Shown piece after piece: positions 59,519 through 64,000 of a stretch of 64,000 nt of DNA. The first letter of the stretch is position 1; every line of letters starts with the position of its first letter. The notes under the pieces are model-generated. The model was given only the letters and a program-made list of their open reading frames with translations. It had not been told where the DNA came from and ran no database searches. A program made the position numbers and the translations under genes. The stretch comes from an uncultured Rhodospirillaceae bacterium (GTDB lineage: Bacteria > Pseudomonadota > Alphaproteobacteria > CAAGCB01 > CAG-977): the NCBI GenBank assembly GCA_900550445.1, contig URSF01000001.1:65720-129719 (forward strand), given 5' to 3'.

Positions 59519-60275
59519 CGAGGAATTGTTCGTTTAAAACGCGGTCTTCCAAATTATATTCCGGATCAAACAACAGGTTTAATCCTGTTTCGGTATCTTC
59601 TCTGACATTGACTTTGATAACGTTGCGCAGCTCGGTAAAATCGGCTACCGCGCTGACGGGACGTTTTTCGCTTTGCAGGATATCAAAGGATACTTCCGCA
59701 TGACGGGGAATAATCGCGCCTTGCCAACGGCGGGGGCGGAACGGGCTGATCGGGGTCAAAGCCAGTACGTTGGAAGTCATTGGCAAAATCGGGCCGTGCA
59801 CCGAAAAATTATAAGCCGTGCTGCCCGCCGGCGTTGATACCAGCACGCCGTCGCAAACCAGATTGGACAGCTTTTGAATGCCGTCGATGCTGATGGAAAT
59901 ATCCGCCGCCTGCCGGCTTTGCCGCCACAAAGACACTTCGTTAAAAGCTCTGGCCCGTTTTTGCTTTCCGTTTGCGGCCAGCGCGTCCATAATCAAAGGG
60001 TGCAGCGTGATTGAATCCGCATTGTTCAGGCGTTCTTCCAGATCTTCTTCCTGATACTTGTTCATTAAAAAACCGACGCTGCCGCGGTTCATGCCGTAAA
60101 ACGGAATACCTTTGCCGATATGTTTGTGCAGCGTTTGCAGCATAAAACCGTCGCCGCCCAGAACAACAAAAACGTCGGCTTTGGCGCAACCGGCCGTACC
60201 GTATATTTTTTGCAGCCGCCGCAGCGACTTTTGAGCGATTTCCGTCGTGTCTGCCAAAAAACAGATCTGCCGCAT
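59511..60275 (-). CDS. nadK: NAD kinase
   Basis: VVLGGDGFMLQ (GGDG), NRGSVGFL and the conserved C-terminal region. Confidence 0.9.
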   Translation of the reverse strand: MRQICFLADTTEIAQKSLRRLQKIYGTAGCAKADVFVVLGGDGFMLQTLHKHIGKGIPFYGMNRGSVGFLMNKYQEEDLEERLNNADSITLHPLIMDALAANGKQKRARAFNEVSLWRQSRQAADISISIDGIQKLSNLVCDGVLVSTPAGSTAYNFSVHGPILPMTSNVLALTPISPFRPRRWQGAIIPRHAEVSFDILQSEKRPVSAVADFTELRNVIKVNVREDTETGLNLLFDPEYNLEDRVLNEQFLGY

Positions 60276-60359
60276 TTTCTTTCCCCGAGTTTATAGACTT
60301 TCCGTTGGGAAGCTTTTATAATACAGAAAATTCGAAAAAATAAAAACAGGAAAAGACTG

Positions 60360-61007
60360 ATGAAAAATTTATCGGGACGCTTTTGTATTGTTTGCGGTTT
60401 GTTCTTGGTCGGAATACTGCCCTCTTCCGCTTTCGCGGCAAAGTATTCGGGGGCGGCCAGCCGTCAGTTTTCGGCGGACAGGAACGCTTCTGAAAAACCG
60501 GCTCTGCCGCCGGAAGCGTCGTCAATGCCGCAGGAGGATTTAAAGGCCGTTTCTCCGATTACTTTTGACGAGCTGCGCCTGTTTGCCCGTGACTGGCTGA
60601 AATATGCGCGCTGGTTAAAAACGGACGGCAATCAATATAAGGCTGTCGCTTATCTGGGGGTGTCGGCCGCCGCAGATTATCCGCCCGAAGTCGTTAAATG
60701 GATGGACGCGCACGGCTGGGCCGTCGATCGTTTTTTCCTGCTGGAACGAAAATTTCGTATAACTCTTTCCGTTCTGGAACAGGAAAACAAACAGACTAAT
60801 TTGCTGAGGCATTTGGAAACTCAAATCCGCCAGCTGGAAAAAAACGATAAAATGCCTGCGGAACAGAAAAAAAGCCTGAAAGAACAGTATGCCGGCACGA
60901 TCCGGACCGTCCGAGCGGCTACCAGCGCCAAAGCGCCCGTAACTCCGGAAGAATACGAATTGATCAAACTGAATCGTGAAGCTTTGACGCGGGTTTTAAG
61001 CGAATAA
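60360..61007 (+). CDS. Hypothetical secreted protein
   Basis: Signal peptide MKNLSGRFCIVCGLFLVGILPSSAFA. No recognisable domain. Confidence 0.4.
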   Translation: MKNLSGRFCIVCGLFLVGILPSSAFAAKYSGAASRQFSADRNASEKPALPPEASSMPQEDLKAVSPITFDELRLFARDWLKYARWLKTDGNQYKAVAYLGVSAAADYPPEVVKWMDAHGWAVDRFFLLERKFRITLSVLEQENKQTNLLRHLETQIRQLEKNDKMPAEQKKSLKEQYAGTIRTVRAATSAKAPVTPEEYELIKLNREALTRVLSE

Positions 61008-61013
61008 CCGGCT

Positions 61014-61841
61014 TTACAGAGAAATCAAGGGAATATTGTCACGGTTTTCGGAAACGATCCAACGGGCTGTATGGTACATCATAATACCGATAAACGCCCC
61101 CATAACGGCGTCGCTGATGAAACATTCCGCCGTTAAAACGACCGATAACGTTATCAATCCCGCCAGCGCATACATCAACCTGCTGATTTTCGGCAGAAAA
61201 TAAGCCGACGCCATAATCACGGCCCACAGACTTTGAACGCTGAAACTGGGGAAGGAAGTTTCCGTAACGCGGAAACGAAAGGCCGAAAAACCGTATAAAC
61301 GCATTGTATCCAGAAATTCCGGCGTATACCGGCCGGCCAGAATATTGATGATCAGCGTAACCAACGAAGACAGCGACAATGTCAGAAGAATAAATAAAAC
61401 GGCGTGAGCTTTCTGCAGATTCTTTTCAAATACTTCCGTTGTCAGGGATAACCCCGCCACAGCCATGTAAATCAGCCATAACGCGATCAGGATTAAAAAC
61501 CACCACCCGGACGGATTGATTTCCGCCAGCGTGTAAAAAACGCCTTCTTTATTGTCGTTCAGGCAGGACAGGGCAAAGGGCTTGTCCAAAAAATTGATTG
61601 AAAAAGCGCAAAACAGGCACACATAAATAAAGGCGGCCGTTTTGGGCTGTTCTTTTGTAAAAGCGGCGGTAATTTCCTTTGCCCGGATCAAACGGGGACG
61701 CAGGTTGTTCCATTTCAGAATCTCTATTGTTTTTTGGACGGTGGGTCGGCGGGACAGCCGGGAAAAAAAATCCTTTGCTTTTTGTGACGTCGCGGCCGCG
61801 AAAGTCTTTATCCGTTCTGAAATATTTGTCTTAACAACCAT
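61014..61841 (-). CDS. Hypothetical polytopic membrane protein (weak PAP2-like features)
   Basis: ~6 TM helices. Degenerate PAP2-like fragments (GRYTPE, PSFS). Low confidence on family. Confidence 0.35.
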   Translation of the reverse strand: MVVKTNISERIKTFAAATSQKAKDFFSRLSRRPTVQKTIEILKWNNLRPRLIRAKEITAAFTKEQPKTAAFIYVCLFCAFSINFLDKPFALSCLNDNKEGVFYTLAEINPSGWWFLILIALWLIYMAVAGLSLTTEVFEKNLQKAHAVLFILLTLSLSSLVTLIINILAGRYTPEFLDTMRLYGFSAFRFRVTETSFPSFSVQSLWAVIMASAYFLPKISRLMYALAGLITLSVVLTAECFISDAVMGAFIGIMMYHTARWIVSENRDNIPLISL

Positions 61842-62004
61842 AGCTTTATCCGATAAATTTGAATTTATGCTACTATAACATAAGAAAAAATCAAGGTTAA
61901 GGATTCTCTTTATGTTTTTTGACGGTCTTGTCCGGGACTGAAGGCTTTTGTTGAAATTTTTTTCAAAGGAATGTTAAAATAAGCGCCGAAAGGAAAGAAA
62001 CGCG

Positions 62005-62316
62005 ATGAAAGCTGTCTGCCTTTTATTTATGATTTTTTTTATGTGGGGAACCGACGTTTCCGCGCAGGTGGTTGATATGCGCGCTTACAGCCGTCAGCGC
62101 GGGTTTAAGGCTTATCGTGCCAAGACGCCCGCGCCCGTGCAAAAACGGCAGGCGGCTCCGGCGGCGGGACAAAACCGGCAGGCGGTTCCGGCCGGAAACG
62201 CTCAGGTCGGCGAATCGGGAAAATCAGATAACAAAAAATCAGCCGATTCCTCGGCTCAAACCGCGGAAATGCGTGAATATATCCAGAATAATCCGCATGT
62301 CCGGCCTGATATTTAA
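62005..62316 (+). CDS. Small secreted protein, paralog A (AQVVDMRAYSRQRGFKAY family)
   Basis: Signal peptide then conserved AQVVDMRAYSRQRGFKAYRAK. Divergent P/A/Q-rich tail. Confidence 0.45.
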   Translation: MKAVCLLFMIFFMWGTDVSAQVVDMRAYSRQRGFKAYRAKTPAPVQKRQAAPAAGQNRQAVPAGNAQVGESGKSDNKKSADSSAQTAEMREYIQNNPHVRPDI

Positions 62317-62333
62317 AAAAGGATAAATAAATT

Positions 62334-62708
62334 ATGCGGTTGGCGGTATTTGTACTTTTATGGATCTGCTTTTTTTATCAGGAATCAAACGCGCAGGTGG
62401 TTGATATGCGTGCTTACAGCCGACAGCGCGGATTTAAAGCTTATTCTGTACGGCAGCAGGCTTATGTTCCGCCCGTCCGCCGGGTGACGCCGGCGCGGAA
62501 CAAAGCGGAACCCGCAGGAAATAACGCCGAGCTGTCCGCAGATCGGCCGAAACATAAAATTCAGCAGACGGGGGTTAAGGTTTTTCAGGAAAAAGACGAA
62601 GACAAAGTGATGAATTTTAATGTCGAAAATCCTGAATTTGATAAACTGAGCGATTATAAAAAACAGGATCTGATGAAACGGATCTCTTTTAAAAAGAATA
62701 CGAATTAG
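62334..62708 (+). CDS. Small secreted protein, paralog B (AQVVDMRAYSRQRGFKAY family)
   Basis: Signal peptide then AQVVDMRAYSRQRGFKAYSVR. ~55-nt DNA stretch near-identical to paralog A. Confidence 0.45.
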   Translation: MRLAVFVLLWICFFYQESNAQVVDMRAYSRQRGFKAYSVRQQAYVPPVRRVTPARNKAEPAGNNAELSADRPKHKIQQTGVKVFQEKDEDKVMNFNVENPEFDKLSDYKKQDLMKRISFKKNTN

Positions 62709-62715
62709 GTGAAAA

Positions 62716-63240
62716 ATGAAATATGCAGTTTTAGCTTTAGGTTTTCTTTTGTTGGGCCAAGCGCCGGCTTTCGCCGTTTGTTCGGGCGGTTTTGACGGCA
62801 GCGACGGCTCTTTGTCGGGGTGTTCCGAAATGGGGGCGTTGGGCGATTTGATTTACGAACGCGATCAAACCGGCCGGGTCATGCGAAAAAGAGACGACGC
62901 CGAAATCAAACAGTATTTGATGAAAACGGTTGAAGATCGTCTGAAAAAACGCGGAATTTCAATGAAGAACAAAGACGGACAGCCGGTAATAAAGATCAAT
63001 CAGGAAAATGTGGTGTTTGATTTGTTCAATCAGAACGGGGATAAAATCTTTACTTATACGGTTGATATGGAAAAAGGGGTTCCCCAAAATGAAAAAGACG
63101 TGATCGAATCCCGTGAAGCCTATGATCTGCAAAAGGCAAAAGGAAAAGCCGAACGTAAAGGGCGTATTGAAAAAATTCAGGCAATGGCCGAAAAGATAAA
63201 GGCTGAAGAAATTGAAAAGAAAGCGGCGGCTAAAAAATGA
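62716..63240 (+). CDS. Hypothetical secreted protein
   Basis: Signal peptide with AFA cleavage site. K/E-rich C-terminus. Confidence 0.4.
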   Translation: MKYAVLALGFLLLGQAPAFAVCSGGFDGSDGSLSGCSEMGALGDLIYERDQTGRVMRKRDDAEIKQYLMKTVEDRLKKRGISMKNKDGQPVIKINQENVVFDLFNQNGDKIFTYTVDMEKGVPQNEKDVIESREAYDLQKAKGKAERKGRIEKIQAMAEKIKAEEIEKKAAAKK

Positions 63241-63578
63241 AACGTCTGATACTGGGTGGGGCGGTTTGTTTGCTGGCCGCCTGCGTTATGCAAAAAATCC
63301 CCGATTCAAAAACGCCGCTGATGCTGGAAACGGCCGTTGACAGCGATTTGCTGATTCTTCAGACCGAGGACGTCCGGATCGCCGACGTTAAAGAAAAGCG
63401 GATCGCGTATGAATATAACGATCAAAATATCCGCCTGTCGCAGCTGGGGGATCATGCCCGCCGGTTCTGCGAAGGCAAAGGACGCGACACGGTGCTGGTC
63501 GACATGCGCCTGACAGCGCGGGAAGGGTTCCGCCGCGCTACGTTTGAATGCAAAGATAAACCGATTTTAATCCCTTAA
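63237..63578 (+). CDS. Hypothetical lipoprotein
   Basis: Lipobox LLAAC. Overlaps the previous gene by 4 nt. Confidence 0.4.
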   Translation: MKRLILGGAVCLLAACVMQKIPDSKTPLMLETAVDSDLLILQTEDVRIADVKEKRIAYEYNDQNIRLSQLGDHARRFCEGKGRDTVLVDMRLTAREGFRRATFECKDKPILIP

Positions 63579-63776
63579 GGTTAAGGCCCGCAGTACATAC
63601 AAGCGCAGTTCCGAAGACAGGCTGCCTTTTCTGTCGGCGTCAATGCGCGTGATCAGTTCTGCCGGCGTTAAATTCCGGCGTGCGGCCAGCTTTTTTAATT
63701 CCTCCCAGAATTCGGGTTCCAGAGAAACGCTGGTGCGGTGTCCGGCAATCATGACGGAATATTTTCGGATACTCAT
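63567..63776 (-). CDS. Ribbon-helix-helix (RHH_4-like) small DNA-binding protein
   Basis: 69 aa. AGHRTSVSLEPEFWEELKKLAARRNLTPAELITRIDADR...LSSELRLYVL typical RHH pattern. Confidence 0.55.
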   Translation of the reverse strand: MSIRKYSVMIAGHRTSVSLEPEFWEELKKLAARRNLTPAELITRIDADRKGSLSSELRLYVLRALTLRD

Positions 63777-64000
63777 TTTTTAATCATCTGTTTGTAAAAA
63801 TCGTTTCCTTTGTTGTCCGTCAGGACAAAGGCGGGAAAGTCTTTGACGGTGATCTGCCAGACGGCTTCCATGCCCAATTCGGGAAAATCAATGCAGCGGC
63901 AATCCGTAATATAGGCTGCTGCCGTCTGTGCCGCTGCGCCGCCCAAAGTGCCCAGATAAAAACCGCCGTTTTCCCGGCAGGCTTCCGTTACGATTTGCGA
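63773..64000 (-). CDS. Class I fumarate hydratase / Fe-S hydro-lyase beta-type C-terminal fragment (gene continues beyond window end)
   Basis: Hand translation …FYLGTLGGAAAQTAAAYITDCRCIDFPELGMEAVWQITVKDFPAFVLTDNKGNDFYKQMIKK* matches FumA/TtdB C-terminus (EYPELGMEAVW..VEDFPAFI..DDKGNDFF). Stop TGA overlaps the RHH start (ATGA). Confidence 0.6.
   Translation of the reverse strand, partial: SQIVTEACRENGGFYLGTLGGAAAQTAAAYITDCRCIDFPELGMEAVWQITVKDFPAFVLTDNKGNDFYKQMIKK

Overview
GC-rich (~55%) alphaproteobacterial-type chromosomal segment made almost entirely of core housekeeping loci in conserved synteny, with a few lower-GC accessory islets. Core loci, in window order:
- addA (partial, runs off the window start) and addB on the minus strand.
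- murU-like NTase, amgK-like kinase and tsaE (cell-wall recycling pair plus t6A).
- HTH-XRE regulator, metK and trmB.
- rimP-nusA-ylxR-infB-rbfA, then truB-rpsO-pnp, interrupted by an inserted islet.
- rpsT-dnaA-dnaN-recF-gyrB, followed by tRNA-Thr(CGT) at 38747..38822.
- rpmH-rnpA-yidD-yidC-engB on the minus strand; rpmH (44 aa) is missing from the ORF track because it is under 60 aa.
- A GldG-type ABC export cluster, a TonB-dependent receptor with TonB, nadK, and a partial class I fumarate hydratase at the window end.
No CRISPR array, integrase or transposase is detectable. Observations worth a second look:
(1) A four-gene secreted/lipoprotein operon (TPR lipoprotein, lipoprotein, LPP20/FlgP-like, LpoB/COG3417-like) with an M15 peptidase and a P-loop kinase, in a lower-GC stretch downstream of tRNA-Thr.
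(2) A DivL-like PAS sensor kinase whose H-box histidine is replaced by Arg and whose ATP-lid is degenerate.
(3) A UbiB/ABC1-family kinase homolog with a degenerate catalytic loop, next to dut.
(4) An in-frame tandem duplication of yidD.
(5) Tandem paralogous small secreted proteins sharing the motif AQVVDMRAYSRQRGFKAY.
(6) An AT-rich islet (HAD, acidic peptide, lipoprotein, hairpin-rich spacer) inserted between rbfA and truB.
(7) A 16-nt triple tandem repeat at the 3' end of nadK.
(8) A promoter followed by an intrinsic terminator in the leader directly in front of rimP-nusA.
Family assignments come from reading motifs by eye; no database search was run.
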